A stretch of DNA of 64,000 nt from an uncultured delta proteobacterium (GTDB taxonomy: Bacteria > Desulfobacterota > Desulfomonilia > Desulfomonilales > Desulfomonilaceae), in contig CAWBKB010000001.1 in NCBI GenBank assembly GCA_963789265.1, positions 1,920,001 through 1,984,000 on the forward strand. Reading direction: 5' to 3'. The position numbers were made by a program, and so were the translations under genes. The notes under the pieces are model-generated. The model was not told the DNA's origin. It worked only from the letters and a program-made list of their open reading frames with translations, and did no database searches. Positions 54,861 through 64,000 of this stretch are shown piece by piece; position 1 is the stretch's first letter; each line of letters begins with the position of its first letter.

Positions 54861-56308
54861 ATGGAATACGAAGCTGTAATAGGACTGGAGATCCACGCTC
54901 AACTTCTTACCGATTCCAAGGCGTTCTGCTCCTGCACGACTCGCTTCGGATCGGAGCCCAATTCGAATACCTGCCCTATATGCCTGGGGATGCCGGGCGT
55001 TTTACCGGTTTTGAATCGAAAAGCCCTCGAATTTACCATTCGCATGGCCTTGGCATGCAACTGCGATATCAAAGAAGTCAGCAGATTTGCTCGAAAAAAC
55101 TATTACTACCCGGATCTCCCCAAGAATTACCAGATTTCACAATATGAACTTCCCGTGGCTGAACACGGATGGGTGGAAGTCGAAACAGAAGAGGGAATAA
55201 GACGCATAAGACTTACCCGAATTCACATGGAAGAGGATGCGGGAAAACTAATCCATGACGAAAACAAGCCCGTGTCGTATGTGGACCTTAACAGAACCGG
55301 CGTCCCCCTGATCGAGATTGTCTCCGAGCCCGAGATTCGCTCGCCGGAAGAAGCAGCGGCGTACTTGCGTGCGTTGCGGGCGATACTCGTATACCTCGAA
55401 ATCTGTGACGGCAACATGGAGGAAGGGAGTTTCCGCTGCGACGCAAACGTTTCTATCCGCCCGAAGGGAGAAACGTACCTGGGCGTGAAGACCGAACTCA
55501 AGAACATGAACTCTTTCAGAAACGTTCAGCGAGGGCTCCAGTACCGAAATCGATCGGCAAATCGTTCAGGCAACGGAAGGGGAAAAAATCATCCAGGAAA
55601 CTCGGCTCTTTGATGCCGCCACCGGGATGACCGTGTCCATGAGGAGCAAGGAACAAGCACACGATTACAGGTACTTCCCCGATCCGGACCTGTTGCCGGT
55701 GCACGTGGACCCGGAACTGGTGGAACGTATTAAGAGCGAACTCCCTGAACTACCCTCGCAAAAGAAAGATCGTTTTATCAAGAAGTTCGGGATACCACCT
55801 TATGACGCGGGAGTGCTCACCGCTTCCCGTGCAATGGCTGCATACTTTGAGGACACGGTGAGCCGGTTCCCCAGTCCAAAGATGGTAAGCAACTGGATCA
55901 TGACGGAACTCATCGAGAGAACTCAAAGGCGAAGAGTCCCGCATAAGCAGTTGCCCGGTCTCGCCCAACCAGATGGCCGACCTGCTCAAATTGATTGACG
56001 ACGGAACCATCTCGGGAAAGATAGCCAAGACAGTTTTTGAAGTGATGTATGCGACCGGTAGAGATGCCCGAGCTATTATAGAAGAAAAGGGCCTGGTGCA
56101 GGTTTCCGACACTGCCGAGCTGACAGCGATAATCAGCAAAATCCTGGATGATAATCCCGGTGAGGTCGCGAAATTCCTGGCAGGGAAGACCAAGGTCATG
56201 GGTTTCTTCGTAGGGCAAGTGATGAAGGCCACAAAAGGGAAGGCGAATCCTGCTGTCGTCAACCAAGTACTCACCAAAGAATTGAACTCCCGCTCGCTTG
56301 ACATGTGA
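54861..56308 (+). CDS. gatB: Asp/Glu-tRNA amidotransferase subunit B; two +1 frameshifts (near 55541-55545 and 55911-55920)
   Basis: [59 protein letters not shown] across three consecutive frames. Confidence 0.95.
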
Positions 56309-56487
56309 CACTCAAAGATTGATTATAAATTCGGTGTACATCTGTGCACTTCACCAACACCAACGTGCATTTGCAGGTTCTCCTGAAAATAGATACAGGG
56401 ATTTCCATGCAAGCCGGTTCGGAGGTCCCTGTGTTGCAGTGTGTGTTGTCGAGATCTTACATACGGCCGAGGTGACTCTTAGGTCAT

Positions 56488-56550
56488 GTGGGGCAGGCTT
56501 TCCAGCCTGCCATGAGCCAGGTTAAGGAGCAAACAGGCTGGAAAGCCTGC
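56488..56550. repeat. GTGG-type REP-like inverted doublet
   Basis: GTGGGGCAGGCTTTCCAGCCTG ... CAGGCTGGAAAGCCTGC. Confidence 0.7.
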
Positions 56551-56685
56551 ACATGGGCATAACAGCATTTCCGCCGGCATCGGAATGTTCATCAGTCGAG
56601 ACAAAAAGAGCTTGAAAGTCAGTGCGCTAAAATGGCATAATAGAAAATTGCGGCCACTACACACAGAGGTTCCACCCAACAGAAA

Positions 56686-57108
56686 ATGGAAACAAAGCCC
56701 ACAAAAATAGTTGTGTACTATTGCCATAATCTCGGGCTCTTTCAGAACGGAGATCAGAAGGACTTTGCCCGATCGCGGCCCGGCCTCAGCCTTGTCGCCA
56801 TCCCCTGCTCCGGGAAGGTCGAAGCTCACCACCTGCTCAAGACAATGGCCTCGGGTGCTGAAGGAGTTCTCATCCTTGCATGCGCGGAGAAGGCCTGCCA
56901 GTACCTGGAAGGGTCTATGCGTGCCCGCAAGCGGGTTGGTTACGCCAAACGCTGGCTGGAACAAATCGAAATCGAACCTGAAAGGCTGGAATTTGTCAAC
57001 TTTCCCCGCGGGGACGAGGAGACATTGGATCGAACTTTGAAGGAATTTGCTTCTAAATTGGAATCGTTCAGTCACAAGCCCGCCATCGCGAATGCCAAGG
57101 CTAGTTGA
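56686..57108 (+). CDS. mvhD: MvhD/FlpD-type [2Fe-2S] protein
   Basis: YYC, PCSGKV, GAEGV...CAEKACQY.EG, IEPERL. Confidence 0.85.
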   Translation: METKPTKIVVYYCHNLGLFQNGDQKDFARSRPGLSLVAIPCSGKVEAHHLLKTMASGAEGVLILACAEKACQYLEGSMRARKRVGYAKRWLEQIEIEPERLEFVNFPRGDEETLDRTLKEFASKLESFSHKPAIANAKAS

Positions 57109-57212
57109 CGACCCTTCAACCCTGAATTGGCTCCCGCCTGACTAAACCGGTAAAGGGCTCAGCAAGAGAGACCGCTAGTACCGGCTGTTCCGGCCAACCA
57201 AGGAGGAAGTCT

Positions 57213-57881
57213 GTGATTGTTGCGGAGCTTAAGCAAGTAAGTGAAATCAGGAAGATGATCGACAGGTATTCGTCAATCCTCGTGGTTGGATGCGATTCCT
57301 GCGTGGCAGAGTGCGCGGCGGGCGGCCGCAAGGAAACAATGCTTCTCGCAGCCGCTCTGAAGCTCTCCTACAAGAATGACAACCAGAACCCCACGATAAC
57401 CGACGCATGTCTGGATCGCCAATGTGTAGATGACTTCATCGAAGGGATTGCGCATCAGGTCCCGGAACACGATGTGATCCTCTCTTTGGGTTGCGGCGCG
57501 GGCGTCCAGGCCTTGGCCCGAGTTTACACGGACAAGCCCATTATCCCTGCTCTGGACACGCTCTTCATAGGCGAGACCGAGATGAGGGGGATTTGGCAGG
57601 AGAATTGTCTTGGTTGCGGTCAATGCAAACTGGGCTACTTCGGCGCGGTATGCCCGGTAACACGATGTTCCAAAAAGCTTATGAACGGACCTTGCGGCGG
57701 GTCCAAGGGCGGCCGGTGCGAGGTTCACCCGGACATTCCTTGTGGCTGGGAGATGATAATGCGCCGCTTGGAGACCTTGGGAGAGTTGGACAGACTCAAA
57801 GAGTACGTGCCGCCGGTGAACTGGTCAACATCTCACTCGGGCGGACCACGTCGCGTTGTCAGGGAGGATCAAAAACCGTGA
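57213..57881 (+). CDS. metV: Methylene-THF reductase small Fe-S subunit MetV
   Basis: VGCDSCVAEC, RQC, CGAGVQ, CLGCGQC, CPVTRCSK.LMNGPCGG...CEV...CGW. Confidence 0.9.
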   Translation: MIVAELKQVSEIRKMIDRYSSILVVGCDSCVAECAAGGRKETMLLAAALKLSYKNDNQNPTITDACLDRQCVDDFIEGIAHQVPEHDVILSLGCGAGVQALARVYTDKPIIPALDTLFIGETEMRGIWQENCLGCGQCKLGYFGAVCPVTRCSKKLMNGPCGGSKGGRCEVHPDIPCGWEMIMRRLETLGELDRLKEYVPPVNWSTSHSGGPRRVVREDQKP

Positions 57882-58798
57882 AGACCGAAAGCCGTCTCGA
57901 AAAGGTCCTTAGCGCAGGACATTTTGCCGTGACCGCAGAGTGCGGCCCGCCCAAAGGCGCCGACGTCGCGGCGCTCGAAATAAAGGGAAAAATTCTTCTG
58001 AATCGCGTCGATGCGGTCAATGTTACCGACAATCAGACAGCCATTGTAAGAATGTCTTCCCTGGCCGCTTGCACGATCTTGAAAGGGCTCGGGCATGAGC
58101 CGATCCTTCAGATGGTTACCCGAGATCGGAACAGGATTGCACTCCAGAGCGATCTCTTCGGAGCTTACGCTTTGGGAATCCGGAATGTCCTGTGTCTCAC
58201 TGGAGACCACCACTGCTTCGGCAACCAGAAGGAGGCGGCGGGCGTCTTTGATCTCGATTCCATTCAGCTCTTGAAGACGGTTCGAGACATGCGGGACCAG
58301 GGGAAAATAATCGGCGGCGAAGACATTCAGGTTCCTCCGAAACTGTTTATCGGCGCTGCTGCAAATCCCTTTGCGGACCCGCCGAACTGGCGGGTGGTCA
58401 GACTTGCCAAGAAAGTCGCGGCAGGTGCGGATTTCATCCAAACGCAATGCGTGTTCAACTTGGACCGTTTTTCAGAATTCATGAATCAGGCTCGCGATAT
58501 GGGGCTAACCGAACAAGTGAGCATCCTGGCCGGAATTACACCCATGAAAGGTGTGGGCATGGCCCGTTACATGGCGTCCAAAGTCGCGGGAATGGATGTG
58601 CCCGAAGATACTATCAAGAGAATAGCCGGAGTTCCCAAAGATAAGCAGGCTGACGAAGGGATCAAGATCGCAGTGGAGACGATCCAACAGGTCCGCGAAA
58701 TCAAAGGAGTGGCCGGAGTCCATCTCATGGCCATAGAGTGGGAGCAGAAAGTGCCGGAGATCCTCGAAGCAGCAGGGCTGGCCGAAAGGCCTGCCTAA
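57878..58798 (+). CDS. metF: Methylene-THF reductase MetF
   Basis: VTAECGPPKG, NVTDNQ, RDRNRIALQ, LTGDH, KKVAAGADFIQTQ, GVHLM; GTGA overlap with metV. Confidence 0.93.
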   Translation: MKTESRLEKVLSAGHFAVTAECGPPKGADVAALEIKGKILLNRVDAVNVTDNQTAIVRMSSLAACTILKGLGHEPILQMVTRDRNRIALQSDLFGAYALGIRNVLCLTGDHHCFGNQKEAAGVFDLDSIQLLKTVRDMRDQGKIIGGEDIQVPPKLFIGAAANPFADPPNWRVVRLAKKVAAGADFIQTQCVFNLDRFSEFMNQARDMGLTEQVSILAGITPMKGVGMARYMASKVAGMDVPEDTIKRIAGVPKDKQADEGIKIAVETIQQVREIKGVAGVHLMAIEWEQKVPEILEAAGLAERPA

Positions 58799-58842
58799 TG
58801 CTGTTGAATTAAGGTGCCGACCCTGGATGGGGCACCCTATCC

Positions 58843-58957
58843 GTCATTCCTGCGCATGCAGGAATCCAGTCCCGCAAGACGCACGGCTGGACCCCGGATC
58901 GAAGTCCGGGGTGACGGCATCGAGTGACGTAGGGTGCTGGTGACGCCGCATGGCATG
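58843..58957. repeat. GTCA-type palindromic repeat, copy 2
   Basis: GTCATTCCTGCGCATGCAGGAATCCAG ... CTGGACCCCGGATCGAAGTCCGGGGTGAC, with a tail shared with 44001-44071. Confidence 0.8.
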
Positions 58958-59114
58958 CGGAGAAACCGCACCAATTGCGGAGGATAAATAGCGTCTCCTG
59001 CTTCGAGTCCAGGATCACACAGCGGCCTGAAGGACTCTTCGCTAGTTCAACAGTATTGGAAAGACTAGCCGTCCCATAAACGGCTGAGACGTTCTCGTGT
59101 AAAAGAGTCGGACG

Positions 59115-60506
59115 ATGCCTAAAAAATACCACATCGATGTTCATAACACTCCGAACCGATATCCCGTGATAGGTCGATCCGGTATTGTGGACTGGGGTGA
59201 AGGTTGTCTGAAGTGTGCAAAATGTGTCAAACTTGAATGCGTATACGATGTGTATCGTCAAAGATACTTTTCAGCGGATATAATGAGCGATACCATCGAC
59301 GAGCTCTGCAAGGGATGCTTCCGTTGCGTACAGGGCTGTCCGAAGCGCTTGATCCACAAGACAATTAATCCGGAGTATGAGAAACTCGGAGACGACGTTT
59401 ATACACCGGATATCATCGCTATCACCTGGGAACAAGCCAAATCCGGCAAGATTCCCGTTTCGGGTGCGGGTTACGGCGGCTCTTTTTCCGGCCCCGGTTT
59501 CGACTCCATGTGGACGGATATGAGCGAGATCGTCCGGCCCACCAGAGACGGCATACACGGTCGGGAGTACATTTCCACTGTCATCGACATCGGTCGTAGG
59601 CAATCCGTGCTTCAGTTCGACCGGGATGGAAAACTCCTCTCCGAACCGCTTCCTTCCATCAAGGTTCCAATACCCATTCTTTTTGACATTCTCCCTTTTG
59701 GCGATCTCTCCTCGGAAGTCTGGGAGGCAATGGCTGCGGCCGCTGCCCGAATCCAGACGCTCATGGTAGTTCCCGAGCTTCAGGCAAAAGAATTGTCGCA
59801 TCATGCACACTCCTTTGTTCCTTTCCTGGAAAGTGACCGGATCGATTACGAGTGGGTGAAGGGATTCCAGATGGTGGAAATCCCGGACATGCCCGGTTCC
59901 CTCGCAACGATGGCCTCTCTGAAGAGTGCCAAGCCTGAGTTGCTGGTGTCGATTCGTATGCCTGCGATTTCTTCTCAGGAGAATCTCCGTCGCGTAATCG
60001 AGTTCGCCCGAGCCGGGGTTGATCTCATACACTACGTTGCAGACGAGAGAGGATACGAGCCAGGAGTCACAAACGGTCTCCACCTCAAGGACATCATAAA
60101 AGAGGTTCACACCGCCCTTCTCCAGGAAGGATTGAGAGATGAGATCACCTTCATGGCATCCGGTGGTATCGCAATGGCCGAGCATGTCATCAAATCAATG
60201 CTCTGCGGTGCGAACCTAGTGGCGGTCGATGTCCCACTCTTAATCGCCCTTGAATGCCGCGTATGTCGCAACTGCCGTGAAGAGGCGGAATGCCCGGTTC
60301 GCATAGCAGAAAGCAACTCCCGGTGGGGTTCCCAACGAATAGTCAATCTTATGGGAGCATGGCACAATCAGATGCTGGAGATGATGGGAGCTATGGGTAT
60401 TCGTGAGGCGAGAAGATTAAGAGGTGAGCGGGGCCGCGTCATGTTTATGGAAGATCTTGAGAACGACACGTTCGCTCAGCTTTTTGCCCATCGCGATTCA
60501 TTATAA
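59115..60506 (+). CDS. Ferredoxin plus glutamate synthase FMN-domain-like protein (degenerate)
   Basis: CLKCAKC, CKGCFRCVQGCP, GAGYGG.F.GPGFD, RPTRDG, ASGGI..AEH..K...CGA, CRVCRNC; lacks QGAKPG. Confidence 0.75.
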   Translation: MPKKYHIDVHNTPNRYPVIGRSGIVDWGEGCLKCAKCVKLECVYDVYRQRYFSADIMSDTIDELCKGCFRCVQGCPKRLIHKTINPEYEKLGDDVYTPDIIAITWEQAKSGKIPVSGAGYGGSFSGPGFDSMWTDMSEIVRPTRDGIHGREYISTVIDIGRRQSVLQFDRDGKLLSEPLPSIKVPIPILFDILPFGDLSSEVWEAMAAAAARIQTLMVVPELQAKELSHHAHSFVPFLESDRIDYEWVKGFQMVEIPDMPGSLATMASLKSAKPELLVSIRMPAISSQENLRRVIEFARAGVDLIHYVADERGYEPGVTNGLHLKDIIKEVHTALLQEGLRDEITFMASGGIAMAEHVIKSMLCGANLVAVDVPLLIALECRVCRNCREEAECPVRIAESNSRWGSQRIVNLMGAWHNQMLEMMGAMGIREARRLRGERGRVMFMEDLENDTFAQLFAHRDSL

Positions 60507-60519
60507 GGGACGGTCCTCA

Positions 60520-62056
60520 ATGGATTATAAGAACGTATGGAGCGAGGTCCCTCGCGCGGAAGTTGTAAATACGCCGTCGAGGTTCGGCCACGCCCTGGGA
60601 AAGTATACGGTAGTTGTCTCGGACGCCTGCAACGACTGCTTGAAGTGCGTGGCTGTCTGTCCGGAAAGCGTGTTCGCCGCTCAAGGAGGGAAGCTCAATC
60701 CTCCCAGGGACCATCTCTGCCTTGGCGTTGATTGTTCCGCAAAATCGAACCGCTGCGTGCGCAACTGCCCGGCGGGCGCAATTAGGGTGGGACTGAACCC
60801 CAGTTCCCGCGCCCTGGGTGACAAAAGATGGACGTCCGATCTTCTCATGAGCACTTGGTACATGGCCGGAAACCGGCTCGCTTCCCAAAAATGGCATTGA
60901 ATATCGGATTGGCGCGTCCAAAGGCGGATTTGACAAGTTGCGCTTTGTTTTTCCCAAGAAATTGCCGAAACCAGGTTTGGACAAGGCCAAGATCGACACG
61001 TCCGTCTGCCTTAACAAGAGAGGTGACGGCAGACCGAAAATCACGATTCCCATTCCGATTTACGGCGGCGGCATGTCATTCGGGTCCATCAGTCAGATCA
61101 CCATGCTGAGCCGGATCAGAGCGTTCGCCGCATGGGGTTCATTCACTTGTACCGGCGAAGGCGGTTATCCCGAGGTCCTATACCCGTTCGACGATCACAT
61201 CATCACTCAGGTAGCCACAGGACTCTTCGGAGTAAGGGAAGAGACCATTCAGCGAGTGAAGATCGTTGAATTCAAGTATGCTCAGGGCGCGAAGCCCGGC
61301 CTGGGAGGACACCTTCTCGGCCCAAAAGTCACCGAAGCTGTGGCGAGGATAAGGGAAACGATTCCCGGTTCGTCACTTTTCAGCCCTTTTCCGTTTCACT
61401 CGGTGTACTCCGTTGAAGACCACAAGAAGCATATCGACTGGATCAAGGCAGTCAACTCCGGAGCGTTGGTTTCGGTGAAAGTATCAACTCCGTCGGATGT
61501 CGATATGGTCGCGGTGGGCTCTTACTACGCTGGGGCACACATCATTCACATTGACGGATCGTACGGCGGAACCGGAGCCGCGCCGGAGGTAGCGAAGAAG
61601 AATATCGCCATGCCGGTGGAGTATGCGATTCCTAAGGTCCACAACTTTCTCGTGAATGAGGGAGTACACGATCACATCACGCTCATAGCTTCAGGAGGAA
61701 TCCGGACAGCCTACGATATCGCGAAAGCTATAGCTCTCGGCGCGGATGGTGTTGTCACCGGGACATCCGAGCTGGTCGCTCTTGAGTGCATCCGTTGTCA
61801 TAACTGTGAAAGCGGCCGTGGTTGCGCCCACGGTTTGGCCACCACCGACCTGGAGCTTGTAGGGCTGATGGATCTTGCCTGGGGCAGCCAACGCATTATC
61901 AACATGCTCAAGTGCTGGGGCGATCAATTGAGAGAAATCCTGTTCCGATTCGGCATGTCCAGCATCAGAGAGCTAACCGGCAGGACAGACGTCCTTGCTC
62001 ATCTGGACTACAACTCCGACGTGCCGGATGACGATATTCGCCGGCAGGTTGGATGA
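60520..62056 (+). CDS. Ferredoxin plus glutamate synthase FMN-binding subunit; +1 frameshift near 60866-60875
   Basis: CNDCLKCVAVCP; GGMSFGS, TGEGG, QVATGLFG, KYAQGAKPGLGGHL, DGSYGGTGAAP, ASGGIRT, CIRCHNC. Confidence 0.88.
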
Positions 62057-62064
62057 GGTGGAAG

Positions 62065-64000
62065 ATGAATCACAGCGGCTCCTTTGCTGAAAAAATATTG
62101 GCCGGTCGCCTCAGAGAATTCGGACCCGTCGACTTTGATCGCAACGTCAAACCCTCAGACGAGGGTGGCTGCGGTGTTACAGGGTTCGCGTCCAACGTGC
62201 CTCTGGCCGGCAGGCATATCTTCGAACCGTCGGTTCGGATGCACAACCGCGGAAACGGCAAAGGCGGCGGCATAGCGGCTGTGGGTATGAATCCCGATAT
62301 GCTGGGAGTCACCCGCGAAGTCCTTGATTCACATTACATTCTTAATGTGGCCCTGCTGGACCCGGAATGCCTCGAATCTCTGAAAGAGACCCTGATCACT
62401 CCTTTCTTTCAGGTAGCCAAAGAAGAGATAATCGGCCACGTGCCCGATTATCGTTCAATCGAAGGTCTCGAAGTGAAGCCCCCCGACATTTGGAGGGCCT
62501 TCGTGAGGGTGAAGCCCGGGCCACTGAAGCAATTCATCGAAGAGAACGGCTTGCAGGGCATGCCGGAGAGATATGCCGAAGACGAGTTTGTGAGCCGTAA
62601 CAGCGCTCGCCTCAACAAGAAGTTTTACAGTTCTCTTGGAGAGAAAGCAGCCTTTGTGCTTTCCCACGGGCGAAACGTCATGATCTTGAAGATCGTGGGT
62701 TATGCCGAAAACGTGGTCAGATATTATAAGCTCGAAGACTTCCAAGCTTATGTCTGGATCGCCCATCAGCGCTATCCCACACGCGGACGAGTGTGGCATC
62801 CGGGCGGGGCTCACCCTTTCACGGGTCTCAACGAAGCCCTAGTCCACAATGGGGACTTTGCCAATTACCACGCGACCACCGAGTATCTCAAGCAGAGGGG
62901 ACTCGTACCTCAGTTCATGACGGATACCGAGGTCAGCGTCATGCTGTTCGACCTCTGGAGCCGCGTCTACGGGTACCCGCTTGAAGTGATTATCGAGGCA
63001 TTAGCTCCCACCGGTGAACTCGACTTTGACCTGCTTCCGGCCGAGAAACAGGTTCTTTACGAGAGGGTCCAGTCCACGCACATCCATGCGTCGCCTGACG
63101 GCCCGTGGTTCTTCATTATCGCTCGCAACATTCCGGAAACCAATACGTATCAGCTCCTCGGGATTACCGACACATCCATGTTGCGGCCTCAGGTGTTTTC
63201 CTTGTACGACGGAGAAGTCCAGATCGGCCTTGTCTGTTCGGAAAAACAAGCCATAGATGCGACCCTCCGATCTCTTGCCTCCGAAGACCCGCGCTTCAGC
63301 CCGGTCGCTGACAAGTACTGGAATGCGCGCGGCGGTTCTTCCTCGGATGGCGGTGCGTTCATGTTCGACGTGACTCCGGGTGACAATGGTTCGCACTCGC
63401 TGGCCTGCTTCGATAAATTTGGGAAACAAGTTGAGGTAGAACCTCGTAAGCCTCTGGACATCACCCTGCCTGTCGTTCAGCCGGATGGCTACGAGGCCGA
63501 AATCGAGCCTCTTCTGACCGCGGCCCTCAAATACAAAGATGCAGGGAAGATCCTCGGTGTGTTTCGAGCGCACGCCGCTTCCTGGGATTACAACAGCTTA
63601 AGGTGGGTTGTCCGCCGACTCGGCCGTAAGGCACGCCATGACAAAGAATTTCTTGGCCTGATCATCGACGCTTTAACCCTGATTTTGGACAGACGCTTTC
63701 CCATAGCGGAAAAGAAGCGCTCCGCAGTGATCCGCATTGTAACAGATGAACTCTACTCGGTTTTTAAAGCGTTGCCCAGAATTAGCGATCCGATCAACAT
63801 AGGCTACTTCAGTCTCTTGGATTTTGAGACGCGCAAGGACCTACGGCCGCCTATCGCCATAGAGCGTACGCTGGTGGTGGACGCGAAGGATTTTGAACCC
63901 GAAGGTGACTATTGCGATGCAGTCCTTATCGCGGATGCGTATCGTCTCGGCTGGAGGAAATTCATCGTCTTCGACCTCCGGGGGCAACGTTTTGAGGGTT
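62065..64000 (+). CDS. Glutamate synthase-like amidotransferase (class II GATase) protein, truncated by the window end
   Basis: Open frame from ATG 62065 to the window end: EGG-CGVTG (Ntn Cys), HNRGNGKGGG, AHQRYPT, AHPF, HNGD, TDTE, DGPW, LRP; ends GQRFEG, which resembles the start of a GXGXG domain. Confidence 0.85.
   Translation, partial: MNHSGSFAEKILAGRLREFGPVDFDRNVKPSDEGGCGVTGFASNVPLAGRHIFEPSVRMHNRGNGKGGGIAAVGMNPDMLGVTREVLDSHYILNVALLDPECLESLKETLITPFFQVAKEEIIGHVPDYRSIEGLEVKPPDIWRAFVRVKPGPLKQFIEENGLQGMPERYAEDEFVSRNSARLNKKFYSSLGEKAAFVLSHGRNVMILKIVGYAENVVRYYKLEDFQAYVWIAHQRYPTRGRVWHPGGAHPFTGLNEALVHNGDFANYHATTEYLKQRGLVPQFMTDTEVSVMLFDLWSRVYGYPLEVIIEALAPTGELDFDLLPAEKQVLYERVQSTHIHASPDGPWFFIIARNIPETNTYQLLGITDTSMLRPQVFSLYDGEVQIGLVCSEKQAIDATLRSLASEDPRFSPVADKYWNARGGSSSDGGAFMFDVTPGDNGSHSLACFDKFGKQVEVEPRKPLDITLPVVQPDGYEAEIEPLLTAALKYKDAGKILGVFRAHAASWDYNSLRWVVRRLGRKARHDKEFLGLIIDALTLILDRRFPIAEKKRSAVIRIVTDELYSVFKALPRISDPINIGYFSLLDFETRKDLRPPIAIERTLVVDAKDFEPEGDYCDAVLIADAYRLGWRKFIVFDLRGQRFEG

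Noticed and set aside
57110..57212. SAM or THF riboswitch upstream of metV
   Set aside because: No recognisable conserved aptamer motifs, and the spacer is short.

Overview
This is a gene-dense chromosomal window from an anaerobic bacterium. Gene content and order suggest Desulfobacterota, possibly Desulfomonile-like (inference). In order it holds: an M32 carboxypeptidase; a five-gene RibD-C / Zn-dehydrogenase / PTPS(QueD)-like / GT4 / methyltransferase operon; tsaE-lysC-cimA-comEA; a DUF362 protein; and a membrane-anchored zinc-ribbon/thioredoxin protein whose active-site codon is an in-frame TGA followed by a SECIS-like hairpin (probable selenoprotein, UxxC). Next come a sensor kinase and sigma-54 activator, then a consensus sigma-54 promoter ahead of a USP / TauE / TIGR02186 / PEP-synthase-like / receiver / 3xUSP operon; a QmoA/B-like plus HdrD-like redox operon; a radical SAM enzyme; and bactofilin-atpF'FHAGDC. 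The rest is TPR-M24 peptidase-efp, malic enzyme, GTP-PEPCK, secreted hypotheticals, a decaheme cytochrome, gatCAB, mvhD-metV-metF and a split glutamate-synthase-like cluster that runs off the window end. Intergenic spacers carry several REP-like palindrome families and one nested MITE with a 9-bp target duplication. There are ten clear frameshifts and one probable one, all net +1 and several next to GTAC. They interrupt genes including essential ones and are most likely systematic sequencing errors. No rRNA, tRNA, CRISPR array or transposase gene was seen.
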